Assembly (NCBI GenBank): GCA_003144275.1
Contig: NJBF01000024.1
Span: 1-32,000 of the forward strand
From: Candidatus Heimdallarchaeota archaeon B3_Heim
Lineage (GTDB): Archaea; Asgardarchaeota; Heimdallarchaeia; Hodarchaeales; Hodarchaeaceae
DNA: 32,000 nt
Reading direction: 5' to 3'
Shown: piece by piece, positions 18,384 through 27,237 of the stretch
Layout: each line of letters starts with the position of its first letter
Numbering within the stretch: position 1 is the first letter of the stretch
The notes under the pieces: model-generated
The model's input: the letters and a program-made list of their open reading frames with translations, nothing else
The model's database searches: none
What the model was told of the DNA's origin: nothing
Position numbers and translations under genes: made by a program

Positions 18384-19661
18384 CTATTCCATGCGTTCTA
18401 AGAGTTTTTTTAGCCTATTCAAATCGGGGGGGATTGCATCAAATACTGTTACGGTTTCGAAAACGACTTCAGGATCCTTAAAACCCGTCCCAGTTATAGG
18501 AAGTACAATGAAATCAGATGGATCAATAGTTCCATCATTTACTAGCATTTCTAATCCAGCAAATGATGCTGTTCCTGAAGGTTCACCAAAAATCCCTTCA
18601 TCAGCTGCTAACCAGCGTTGTGTTCGCAATATATCAGCTTCTTTTACCGCTACTGCTGTACCCTTGCTTTCATAAATAGCCTCAAGTGCTTCATTACCAT
18701 CCCAGGGGTGGGGATCAGCTAAACCCCCAGCAATTGTATTTGGAGTTTTAGTCCAATCTATGAAGTTTAATGGTTTAACTTTCTTTTTAAATGACTCAAC
18801 TATGGGTGCGCACTCAGCTGGTTGTACTGCTACCATCTTTGGTAGTTTATCAATGAAATCCAGTTGTTGGAATTCAAAAAATCCTTGAAATGTTCCTGCT
18901 AGAAGGCCCCCGCTCCCAGTATTACACAGAACCCAATCTGGTACTTGCCAATTGCTTTGTTCACAGATCTCAAACCCTAGACTTTTTGTTCCCTCGAACT
19001 GAAATGGATTAAAAGGTCCAAATGAAGGACTGGGAGTCCAATTATACTCTTTATACGCCTTTTTGAACAAAGTAACTGTAGGATCTTCACCTTCTTTAAC
19101 GATTGATACTTTAATCACTTTAGCACCAAGAAATGTCAATTGAGCAATTTTTCCTTTCGGAGCGTGTTCTGGTACAAATACAACGGCATCCAAATCTGAA
19201 CGTGCCGCAAAAGTCGCTAAGGCTGCTGCTGCGTTACCACTTGACGCTGCAGTAACTGTTGTGGATCCAAGCTCTTTCGCTTTTGAAACACCTATGGAAA
19301 TGGGCCGATCTTTAAAACTTCCCGAGGGATTGGCTGACTCTATCTTCAGAAAGAGATTTTTTACGCCGATCTTCTTCGCAATCTTATTCGCCTGAAGAAA
19401 GGGTGTTCCTCCAGTGCCTAACTTAATCATATTATCGGGGTTTCTTAAAGGATAAAATTCCACATATCTTTCATGGTTGAATGGACGATTGTCGAGTATC
19501 TCCTTAGTTATTGTGTCTCTCAGCGCTTCATAATTGAAGGAAATTTTTAGTCGAAATCCACACCCGCAATATTTCTTAATGAAATCCGATTCATGGATTC
19601 TTGCATTACATTTTGGACAAGAAAAAGTCGAATCATAGAATTGTTCGTTTTTTGAGTTCAT
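18384..19661 (-). CDS. Threonine synthase-like PLP enzyme with N-terminal Zn ribbon
   Basis: CPKC...CGCG, GTGGTP, NPSGSFKDR (PLP lysine), ASSGNAAAA, EGTKSLGFEI and GEPSG motifs. Confidence 0.88.
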   Translation of the reverse strand: MNSKNEQFYDSTFSCPKCNARIHESDFIKKYCGCGFRLKISFNYEALRDTITKEILDNRPFNHERYVEFYPLRNPDNMIKLGTGGTPFLQANKIAKKIGVKNLFLKIESANPSGSFKDRPISIGVSKAKELGSTTVTAASSGNAAAALATFAARSDLDAVVFVPEHAPKGKIAQLTFLGAKVIKVSIVKEGEDPTVTLFKKAYKEYNWTPSPSFGPFNPFQFEGTKSLGFEICEQSNWQVPDWVLCNTGSGGLLAGTFQGFFEFQQLDFIDKLPKMVAVQPAECAPIVESFKKKVKPLNFIDWTKTPNTIAGGLADPHPWDGNEALEAIYESKGTAVAVKEADILRTQRWLAADEGIFGEPSGTASFAGLEMLVNDGTIDPSDFIVLPITGTGFKDPEVVFETVTVFDAIPPDLNRLKKLLERME

Positions 19662-19690
19662 TACAGCAACACTCTGGAGGATAAAGAGGA

Positions 19691-21160
19691 TTAAAGAGGA
19701 TTTACTCGGTTATTAAATTGTTTAATCAAGTCATCTAGTTTAGGAGTCATTTTATGAATAGAGGGCCAGTACGAATCGTCATACCATTGTCTTTCCAGCT
19801 CTTCCATTGTTTTTCCTTGTTGCTCAACCCAAGTAAAGTACTTCAGGTTGTGAACTCGTTTCTTCTGGGGATATGTGAGTTCGAGAACATAATCAGTTTT
19901 AATTGACTGAATAGATCGATGATAATCAATGGCAGCATGAATTTTTTCATACTGGCCGAATTGTTGTCTAAGTTCCTTAACTCGCGATTGGTACATTTCC
20001 ATTGAATCAGTAAACACTGTAACAATGATATCTTTGCTTGTCATTTCATAATATTTTGCCATTTTGATTGCAAATAGCACATTAGCCATACTTGATATCC
20101 CTAGGAGGTCTAATTGATTAACGATGTTCTCAGGGACACCAATATCGTTTTGAAGATATTTAAGGCCTGAAGGCTCATTAAATAATCTAACCCAATTCAT
20201 CGCATCAACATCGTCAATAGCCACAATAAAATCAGTGTTCCTTACATTATGCACCCATGGAACGTGCTTATCTCCGATACCCTCAATTCGATGGGCACCA
20301 AATCCATTCATATAAAGTGTAGGGCATTGTACTGATTCTCCTGCTGCTATAAAACTAGTTGGATAATGTTTTTTCAGAAAATCTCCGGATCCAAGTGTTC
20401 CAGCACTTCCAGTTGTGAAACAACAACCTCTATAGGATCCTCCCCCAATTTCTTTGTCCAAAACTTCCTTAATCGCATTTCCTGTTACTTCGTAGTGCCA
20501 TAGATGATTTCCAAATTCATCGAATTGATTGAATATTGTAATATCATCCCCTCTCTCCGCGTTTAATTCGTGACATTTATCATATATTTCTTTGACATTT
20601 GATTCACTACCTGGAGTGGCGATTACTTCACCTGCAACAGTACTTAGCCATTCAAATCGCTCTTTACTCATCTCTTCAGGTAAAATCGCAATTGATTCAC
20701 AGGCAAGAATACTTGAATCATAAGCTCCACCTCTACAATAGTTACCTGTACTAGGCCACACAGCTTTTTGTCTGGTTGGATCAAATTGGCCAGTAACAAG
20801 GCGTGGGACTAAACAACCGAAAGCTGCTCCCACTTTGTGTGCTCCAGTTGGAAACCATTTTCCTACCAAAGCGATGATTCTTGCTTCGACACCTGTCAAT
20901 TCAGGGGGAAGTTCAATATAGTTTGCTAATTTCTGATAGCCTCCACCTATCTCAACAGGGTTATTTTTCCATGTGATTCTAAATAAGTTCCTTGGGGTTA
21001 CTTCCCATAAACTTAATTTCTTTAAGTCTTCTTTAATGATTTCTGGAACATTTTCATGTGGGCTTTTTTGTTCTTCAAAAGTTGGTATTAGGATATTTCT
21101 TTCTCTTGCACGTTTTACTGCTCGTTCTAGAACTTCTTCATTCATTGTTAAGTCAATCAA
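19691..21160 (-). CDS. PLP-dependent fold-type II enzyme, extended cysteine-synthase-like family; substrate unknown
   Basis: FPTGAHKVGA (PLP lysine), WPSTGNYCRGG, TTGSAGTLG and HRIEGIGD motifs; 489 aa. Confidence 0.85.
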   Translation of the reverse strand: MIDLTMNEEVLERAVKRARERNILIPTFEEQKSPHENVPEIIKEDLKKLSLWEVTPRNLFRITWKNNPVEIGGGYQKLANYIELPPELTGVEARIIALVGKWFPTGAHKVGAAFGCLVPRLVTGQFDPTRQKAVWPSTGNYCRGGAYDSSILACESIAILPEEMSKERFEWLSTVAGEVIATPGSESNVKEIYDKCHELNAERGDDITIFNQFDEFGNHLWHYEVTGNAIKEVLDKEIGGGSYRGCCFTTGSAGTLGSGDFLKKHYPTSFIAAGESVQCPTLYMNGFGAHRIEGIGDKHVPWVHNVRNTDFIVAIDDVDAMNWVRLFNEPSGLKYLQNDIGVPENIVNQLDLLGISSMANVLFAIKMAKYYEMTSKDIIVTVFTDSMEMYQSRVKELRQQFGQYEKIHAAIDYHRSIQSIKTDYVLELTYPQKKRVHNLKYFTWVEQQGKTMEELERQWYDDSYWPSIHKMTPKLDDLIKQFNNRVNPL

Positions 21161-21503
21161 GTTTACAGCCTCAATGCGATGTGATTAATTATAATGATTT
21201 TCTTGCCTGTAATTATGTATATGCCAATATCTACCACTTTCAGTTTTTTGGGGAAGATAAAGGCCATCACTCTAAATAATATTAATATTCTCCTACATAC
21301 TGTGAATTGCATACTCTCATTTATCAAAATTGTTTTTAATCTAGATAATAATCAAGATTCTTCTGATACTACATTCTAGAAGGTCATATAACTTATTTTT
21401 TCTTTACTAAAACAACTTGAGGAGGAAGGAAGGATGATTACCGACAGTACACGTTTCCTTTCATTCTTTAATTGGAAATTAAGGAAACAATAAACGAAAG
21501 GAA

Positions 21504-22790
21504 TCACGTAGTTCGCTCTACAACTGTGGCAATACCAACACCCCCACCGCCGCATAGAGTTTGAATGCCATAACGTTGTTTAGTATTCACTAGATAATGA
21601 ACCATATTCGTAAAAAATTGCACTCCAGACGAACCAATAGGATGACCAATTGCTATTGCGCCTCCATAAGGATTTACACGGGGATCATCGAAGGGGTAAT
21701 CAAAATGCTTTGCAAAAGCCAAGCATGGAGAAGCAAACGCTTCGTTCGGTTCTATACAATGCATGTCTTCAATGGTTAAATCTCCCGCTCTTGTTAATGC
21801 TCGTTCCATGGCAGGGATTGGTCCAGTCAACATCAATTGTGGATCATCCCCAGCGACCGCTGTTGATAATATGCTTACAAGAGGTTTGAGTCCTAACTCA
21901 TCCGCCTTTTCTCGGGCCATCAACATCACAGCCGAGGCCCCATCAGAGATTTGTGACGAATTACCGGCAGTTACTTTACCACCTTCACGAAAAACAGGCT
22001 TTAGACTTTTCATTTGTTCCCAAGCGATGTCAGGATCATCAAGACATACATCTCTTATTGTCTGATCTTCGGCTACAGTTCTCATCTCAGTTGAGCCATC
22101 TGGATGTTCGATTTCAACTTCAATTGGAACTACCCTTTTTTCATATTCCTTTTTATCTCGCATTCCTTTTGTTGCTTTTTGATGTGACCACAAGCTGAAA
22201 TGATCTATATCTTCCCTTGTTAATTTATATTTATCTGCTACTTGCTCTGCAGATTCTCCTTGCACAAAACTCATTCGCTCTTGTAGATCGGACATACGAT
22301 TGGAAAACTGGGCGTGTATTTGCTCAACATCAATGAACGTTCCAAGTTGTATGTCAATTCCCATTGAGTAATGGGTCAGATTTTCGACCCCAGCTGCAAT
22401 CATAATATCGCCATCACCAACTTTGAGTGCATTCGCGCAAGTATTAATAGCTTGTAGTCCTGCATTGCAATAGCGGTTAACAGTAGCACCAGCAACAATA
22501 TCTGGAATATTTCGAGCCATTAACTGTGCAATTCGTGCAATATTTCCACCTTGATCTCCAATCTGGGATAATATTCCAACTTGGACATCCTCAATTTCAT
22601 GGGCGTCAAAATCACTTGACTTTACTCCAACTCTATCTACAAGAGATTCCAATACGCTTACTAGCATATCTTGCGATGAGGAATTTCTATAATACCCTCC
22701 GAACTTGTCCATTTGGGCACGGCTGGATTTTCCTGTAGGTAATCTAATCGCCTCTACTACTACGACTTCTCGGACTTCATTTCTCTTCAT
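21504..22790 (-). CDS. Acetyl-CoA C-acyltransferase (thiolase)
   Basis: NRYCNAG (Cys), TAGNSSQISDGA, NEAF, GHPIGSSG (His) and LCGGGG (Cys) motifs; GGAGGA Shine-Dalgarno upstream. Confidence 0.97.
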   Translation of the reverse strand: MKRNEVREVVVVEAIRLPTGKSSRAQMDKFGGYYRNSSSQDMLVSVLESLVDRVGVKSSDFDAHEIEDVQVGILSQIGDQGGNIARIAQLMARNIPDIVAGATVNRYCNAGLQAINTCANALKVGDGDIMIAAGVENLTHYSMGIDIQLGTFIDVEQIHAQFSNRMSDLQERMSFVQGESAEQVADKYKLTREDIDHFSLWSHQKATKGMRDKKEYEKRVVPIEVEIEHPDGSTEMRTVAEDQTIRDVCLDDPDIAWEQMKSLKPVFREGGKVTAGNSSQISDGASAVMLMAREKADELGLKPLVSILSTAVAGDDPQLMLTGPIPAMERALTRAGDLTIEDMHCIEPNEAFASPCLAFAKHFDYPFDDPRVNPYGGAIAIGHPIGSSGVQFFTNMVHYLVNTKQRYGIQTLCGGGGVGIATVVERTT

Positions 22791-22833
22791 CCATATTCCT
22801 CCAAGAAGAATTCAGATTGACAACTTAATGTCT

Positions 22834-22849
22834 GAGAATTTCTCTTAAG
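22834..22849 (-). promoter_or_regulatory. Putative TATA-like box (CTTAAG) with an abutting palindrome (GAGAA-T-TTCTC) upstream of the thiolase gene
   Basis: CTTAAG at 22844-22849 and an 11-bp inverted repeat at 22834-22844, about 45-60 bp upstream of the thiolase ATG. Confidence 0.4.
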
Positions 22850-23015
22850 TGTACCGTTCTGAAAGACTTACCCAAAAAGGATGGTTAGGAATAACTCTTT
22901 TTCCCAGCCTTAGTTGGAGCTGTTCTTCCTGCTTCCTCGACGTGTGCCTGCTTAGATGCAGGTCTAACCACCTCTCCACAGGCATTTAAGGTCTCCGCAG
23001 AACTCTCGGCGACCG
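22834..23015 (-). ncRNA. Predicted TnpB omegaRNA/reRNA: scaffold overlapping the tnpB 3' end, plus a guide from flanking DNA
   Basis: Contains GCCTGTGGAGAG, a CCTGC-ATCTAA-GCAGG hairpin, GAAGCAGGAA and the terminal GGGTAAGTCTTTCAGAACGG. Guide inferred as TACACTTAAGAGAAATTCTC. The 5' boundary is approximate. Confidence 0.6.
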
Positions 23016-24168
23016 GAAATAGTCGGAACTGATAGATCCAATAATAGTTGGCTACATTAAACGCAGCATTCTGATCACGATCAAGTTCCAATCCACATAG
23101 CGGACAATGAAAGATTCGAGTAGACAACGGTAGATCACGACGATAATAGAGACAATTAGAGCATAATTTAGAGGACGGGAACCAGCGGTCGATCTTAATC
23201 ACCGTGGAACCATACCAAACTGTTTTATACTCTAGTATCCGCTGAAACAAGCCATGGGACAAATCGGCCCAGTATTTACTAAGTTTTCTATTTTGCATTA
23301 ATCCTTTGATATGTAAATCCTCCAGTACTATCACGCTGTGGTTTTTAGCCAGATAAGTGGAGGTTTGATGCAGGAAATTTTGCCGTTGGTTAGTAATTCG
23401 ACGATAAAATCGACCTAATCGGAGGGCCGACTTTCGTTTATTATGTGAGCCTTTCTGTTTCCTCGAATGAGCTTTCGATAATCGTCGCTGTTTCCGAGCT
23501 TGCTGGAGGAGGAATTTTGGTCTAGAGATCGGTATTCCAGAAGATAACGCTGCAAAGACGGATAATCCTGTATCCAGAGCAACGAGTGGTCCTTTGTTTG
23601 GTTTGGGATCACTCTGTTCCTCTTTCACAGCAAAAGCAATATACCAGCGATCCGCAGTTCGTGATATCGTAACGTTCAAAATACGGGCAGAAGTAGGGAG
23701 GTTTGGTCTTTCTTTTAGTCGTAATTTCCCTAGACGCGGGAGTTGTACAAGCTTATCCCCAAGGAAGAGCTTTATTGTCCCTGTTAAGCGAAAACTATCT
23801 TTACATCTTCCTTTCTTCTTGAACTTGGGAAAGCCAACAAACTGCTGGGTTCTTTTCTGTTTTCTTTTTCGCGTATTGGTGAAGAAATTTTGATAGGCTC
23901 GATCTAAGTTCCTAAGAACCTCCTGTGGAATGCATTTCGAGACCTCATACATCCAAGGAAACTCTGTGCGTTTCAAACGATTTAATTCTTTATTTTGTTT
24001 CATCGCGTCGGTATATCGTGCTACACCTGTTTGTGTTTGATAGCGTTGGTTTCGATTGGCTAATCCCCAGTTCCATGCAAATCGTGCAGTACCAGCGCAT
24101 TTTGTTAATACAGTCCGTTCTTTGTTATTTATGTTTAGCTCATATTTGTACCCACGGATTACGAGCAT
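22885..24168 (-). CDS. tnpB: TnpB RNA-guided endonuclease (IS200/IS605/IS607 accessory protein)
   Basis: N-terminal GYKYEL...AGTARFAWNWGL, FPKFKKKG, RuvC-I VALDTGL, RuvC-II IVLEDL, Zn finger CSNC/CPLC, RuvC-III DRDQNAA, and tail ETLNACGE. Confidence 0.97.
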   Translation of the reverse strand: MLVIRGYKYELNINNKERTVLTKCAGTARFAWNWGLANRNQRYQTQTGVARYTDAMKQNKELNRLKRTEFPWMYEVSKCIPQEVLRNLDRAYQNFFTNTRKRKQKRTQQFVGFPKFKKKGRCKDSFRLTGTIKLFLGDKLVQLPRLGKLRLKERPNLPTSARILNVTISRTADRWYIAFAVKEEQSDPKPNKGPLVALDTGLSVFAALSSGIPISRPKFLLQQARKQRRLSKAHSRKQKGSHNKRKSALRLGRFYRRITNQRQNFLHQTSTYLAKNHSVIVLEDLHIKGLMQNRKLSKYWADLSHGLFQRILEYKTVWYGSTVIKIDRWFPSSKLCSNCLYYRRDLPLSTRIFHCPLCGLELDRDQNAAFNVANYYWIYQFRLFPVAESSAETLNACGEVVRPASKQAHVEEAGRTAPTKAGKKSYS

Positions 24169-24310
24169 GTGTTGTCTTCCTGAATAAAGCTTACTTGAGT
24201 TTCCTACTTTTATGGATCTGTGATGATTTAATAATCCCCTTTCTTCATTAAAAACTTGAAGACCCCACTTTCCAACTCAAACAGGGTTTTTTCTCAACTA
24301 ATTACTGTCA

Positions 24311-24338
24311 GGATGGAGTAAAGCCCTTTACTCCCTCC
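24311..24338. repeat. Imperfect palindrome/hairpin upstream of tnpB
   Basis: GGA-T-GGAGTAAAG-CC-CTTTACTCC-C-TCC: 9-bp perfect arms extended by 3 bp after one mismatch. Confidence 0.8.
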
Positions 24339-24499
24339 ATAATTCCATGAGAATGACGTACTCTCAACTTACAGTTCCAGTCTTGTATCTATCCATCTTA
24401 TTGGTTGTTACATTTCTATCTCCTTCCTCTCTCCTGCATATCTTACTCATTATTGTGAATATTGAACCATGAGTTTATTATCTATTTACAACCCTCACC

Positions 24500-24509
24500 T
24501 TTAAGAGAA
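24500..24509 (+). promoter_or_regulatory. Putative TATA-like box for the pfkB-gap pair (near-leaderless transcript)
   Basis: TTTAAGAGAA begins 30 bp upstream of ATG 24530; it shares a TTAAGAGAA core with the thiolase promoter on the opposite strand. Confidence 0.4.
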
Positions 24510-24529
24510 GGTACGCTGTCGTCCTATAC

Positions 24530-25573
24530 ATGCTTACCGACGACATTTCTGAATTTCAGAGGAGATCCAGTAAGCTTACAGTAGCGGTACTACCTGATTT
24601 TTATATAGATGTAATGATTAACCCACATAGGACGTTTAAAGATTTAAAAAAGCAACTACAAGAGGTTTATGCTCGTGGTGGGGGTAATATTATCGGTACG
24701 GAAGTGAAGTTCGTTCCTGGAGGAAACGGAGGAAACGTAGCTAAAACCCTTGCAGCATTAGGAGTTGAAACTACATTCCTTGCTCAAACTTCCGAATTCG
24801 GGATCAAAGTGCTAGAATATTTCATGCACCCTCTGGGAATTAATCTTGAAGTTACATCCACAGGTAGTATTGCAAGTTCGGTTATTTTTGAATTAGCATC
24901 TGGAGCATATGATAAATCTAATATAATGCTTTCAAGTGCAGGTAGTGTTGCTAGTTTTTCCTCTTCTTCACTTACAGAAGAACAATGGAATGCACTTCGT
25001 AAAAGTGGGGTTATAGCTATTACAAACGCCCAAAATCTTGAGCTAGAAAATTTAACAGAGGGGATTCTACAGAATACCCCCAAAGAAATTATTGTGAGTC
25101 TAGATTTCTCTGATTTAACACCACACCTATCTAGAATTGATGGATTCCGTGAACGTTTATTGGGGCATCCAATACGGCCTCCAAACCTCGTTTTGGGAAA
25201 TGAGAATGAATTTCGTCTCTTAGCGAAGCTACCAAAGGCATCTATTACAGAAACAGGCCAGGCATTATCATCTGATTTTCCAGAAATATTTTTTGCTTTA
25301 CACACAGCGACTCAGGTGTACTTATGGCATAGAACTCACTTACTTGCAACTCAACAATGTCATCTTGTAACTTTACAGAATGCAACTGGTGCAGGTGACG
25401 CATGGCATGCCGGTTTTCTTGTGGGGTGGCAGGTAGGATTATCGTACAAAGATGCCATGGCTTTTGCCAATGCAGTAGCTGGCTACCAATTATCCGAAGG
25501 AAAAATTGGGAATGCAGCTGATATTCTCCGATTCATGAAGGATACACCACTACAAGAGACAAATCACAAATAA
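24530..25573 (+). CDS. PfkB/ribokinase-family carbohydrate kinase
   Basis: PGGNGGNVAKTLAALG, GNENE and NATGAGDAWHAGF (anion hole) motifs. Confidence 0.92.
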   Translation: MLTDDISEFQRRSSKLTVAVLPDFYIDVMINPHRTFKDLKKQLQEVYARGGGNIIGTEVKFVPGGNGGNVAKTLAALGVETTFLAQTSEFGIKVLEYFMHPLGINLEVTSTGSIASSVIFELASGAYDKSNIMLSSAGSVASFSSSSLTEEQWNALRKSGVIAITNAQNLELENLTEGILQNTPKEIIVSLDFSDLTPHLSRIDGFRERLLGHPIRPPNLVLGNENEFRLLAKLPKASITETGQALSSDFPEIFFALHTATQVYLWHRTHLLATQQCHLVTLQNATGAGDAWHAGFLVGWQVGLSYKDAMAFANAVAGYQLSEGKIGNAADILRFMKDTPLQETNHK

Positions 25574-25689
25574 AAAATGACCTGTATCACTTATATGGGT
25601 GAAGGATTATTTTATAAACAGCAATTTTTACAGCAACTTTTAGGACATTCCGTCAAGTCTATGAGATCAAAACATAAGAGGTAGCTACA

Positions 25690-26799
25690 TTGGGAAAAGA
25701 TAACGTTGTATTGGTAGTAGGTACGGGTACAATTGGAGAGCCATTAACTGGTCTAATGAGTGACAAAAACATCTCGAAAGAACTTGGAATTGATGAGATA
25801 ATATTCTATAAACATTCACCCCGCCTAACCGATCGTCCTATGATGAAGGGATTATTATCTAAAGGTGCTTACATGGCAACACAACAGGAAAAGTTTAGTG
25901 CTTTTCGTGAATTGGATGTGGACCCTACGTATACCTTTGAGGAAGCTTTAGCAAAAGCGAAAGTTGTCGTGGATTGTTCATCAGAGGGAATGGGTGTCCG
26001 AAATAAGATGCTTTTTTATGAAAAGATCCAAGATTCAGTGAATGCATTTCTTGCCCAAGGCAGTGAACATGGGTTTGGACTTCCTTACGGGGTAGGTCTT
26101 AATGACGAGGTTCTTAAAACCAAGAATAATAAGTTTATTCAGGTAGTGTCTTGTAATACCCATGCAGGATCACGAATATTAAAAGACTTAGCATTTGACT
26201 CAAACAGAAAAAATATTCTCGGCGAAGCTCGCTTTGTGTTCATGCGTCGAGCCACAGATATCTCTCAAAGTGGTAAATTCATTGCTGGACCATCGGTGGG
26301 GGATCATAAGGATCAAACATTTGGAACTCATCATGCAAAAGACATTTACCGACTCTATTCAACACTCGGATACCACCTCAACGTTTTTTCAAGTGCTCTC
26401 AAACTAAACACCCAATATATGCATACTGCTTCGTTTCATCTCGTATTGAATAACCACCATGGTTTAGAGCTTGAGGAAATTCGTCAGATATTTATAGATG
26501 ACCCCTATGTTGCAGTCACTAATAAAACAGATGCGAATGTAATATTTAGTTTCGGCCGTGAATATGGTCACTTTGGAAGAATTCTGAACCAAACGGTGAT
26601 TGTATTTCCTTCCTTAATGATTAGGAAAAGCGCGCTATTTACAGATCATATGGAGATCATTGGTTATTCCTATACCCCACAAGACGGCAATTCGCTTCTC
26701 AGTTCCACTTCAGCTGTAGCATATTTCCTAAATCCGGAAGAAGTGGTTTTAGGTGAGCCTATTCCTTGTTTAAGACCTTTTATGTTTACAGAGGTTTGA
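25690..26799 (+). CDS. Divergent type II (archaeal) glyceraldehyde-3-phosphate dehydrogenase-like protein
   Basis: VVGTGTIG Rossmann motif, VVDCS, FLAQGSE, VVSCNTH (catalytic Cys), MRRATD, THHAKD and TQYMH. TTG start with GAGGT upstream. Confidence 0.8.
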   Translation: MGKDNVVLVVGTGTIGEPLTGLMSDKNISKELGIDEIIFYKHSPRLTDRPMMKGLLSKGAYMATQQEKFSAFRELDVDPTYTFEEALAKAKVVVDCSSEGMGVRNKMLFYEKIQDSVNAFLAQGSEHGFGLPYGVGLNDEVLKTKNNKFIQVVSCNTHAGSRILKDLAFDSNRKNILGEARFVFMRRATDISQSGKFIAGPSVGDHKDQTFGTHHAKDIYRLYSTLGYHLNVFSSALKLNTQYMHTASFHLVLNNHHGLELEEIRQIFIDDPYVAVTNKTDANVIFSFGREYGHFGRILNQTVIVFPSLMIRKSALFTDHMEIIGYSYTPQDGNSLLSSTSAVAYFLNPEEVVLGEPIPCLRPFMFTEV

Positions 26800-27237
26800 T
26801 CATTTAATTCTGCGCAGCAGTATATCATAGTTCAAATCCAATAAGGAGGATACTACAATGTACTTTCTTATAAATTTAGATTATATCGGTCTAGGATAAT
26901 ATTCAATTTAAAATAATTAGTGTTTCACCAATTGCAAATACTTACTCTTCTAATGCAACTAATCATTCAAAATAGAAAGTTATAATGCTGATAATTTATC
27001 TAGAGAGAATTTGGTTAACTAAATAAAGAAGTTATAGAATTATACGATAATACTGTTAAGATAAATATGGCCAATTATATACCAAGTTATTAATATAATT
27101 CACTGTTTCTCTTTCCCATAAAACAAGATTAGTGAAGTACCTTCAATAAGAATGAACTCAGACGCCTTAAGATCCCTTGTTGTTTCTACTGAAACTAGTC
27201 TATGAATAATACTCCCCACTGCTGATGGAGACTGAAA

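Larger units (their letters stand above)
22854..24421 (-). mobile_element. Non-autonomous tnpB-only insertion element with an IS607-type right end
   Basis: The right end ...TCAGAACGG terminates at 22854. The element contains only tnpB; the ~360 bp before pfkB has no TnpA-sized ORF. The left boundary is tentative (GG at 24422-24423). Confidence 0.7.

Noticed and set aside
20973-21503. Short ORFs in and around the gap between the PLP enzyme and the thiolase
   Set aside because: They are low-complexity AT-rich translations, partly antisense to real genes, with no motifs or convincing start signals.
24169-24480. Group I intron (IStron) or tnpA remnant upstream of tnpB
   Set aside because: No recognisable group I R/S core sequences were found and the element is intergenic. 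Manual translation showed only short ORFs with no serine-recombinase or HUH motifs; the SSKLYSGR resemblance to the TnpA C-terminus is too weak.
24496-24515. pfkB promoter as a second target of the TnpB guide (shared TTAAGAGAA), implying RNA-guided gene regulation
   Set aside because: Only 12 of 20 positions match, three of the first five seed positions mismatch, there is no GG-ending TAM upstream, and RuvC is intact (not a TldR-like dead nuclease). The shared core is better explained as a promoter motif.
201-26407. Remaining small overlapping ORFs in the track (e.g. 201-398, 1780-2106, 8361-8840, 21763-22065, 24784-25305)
   Set aside because: Each lies within or antisense to a well-supported gene and shows no independent protein-family signal.
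26830-26839. GTTCAAATCC resembling a tRNA T-loop
   Set aside because: The flanking bases cannot form a T-stem, and no acceptor, D or anticodon arms are present.
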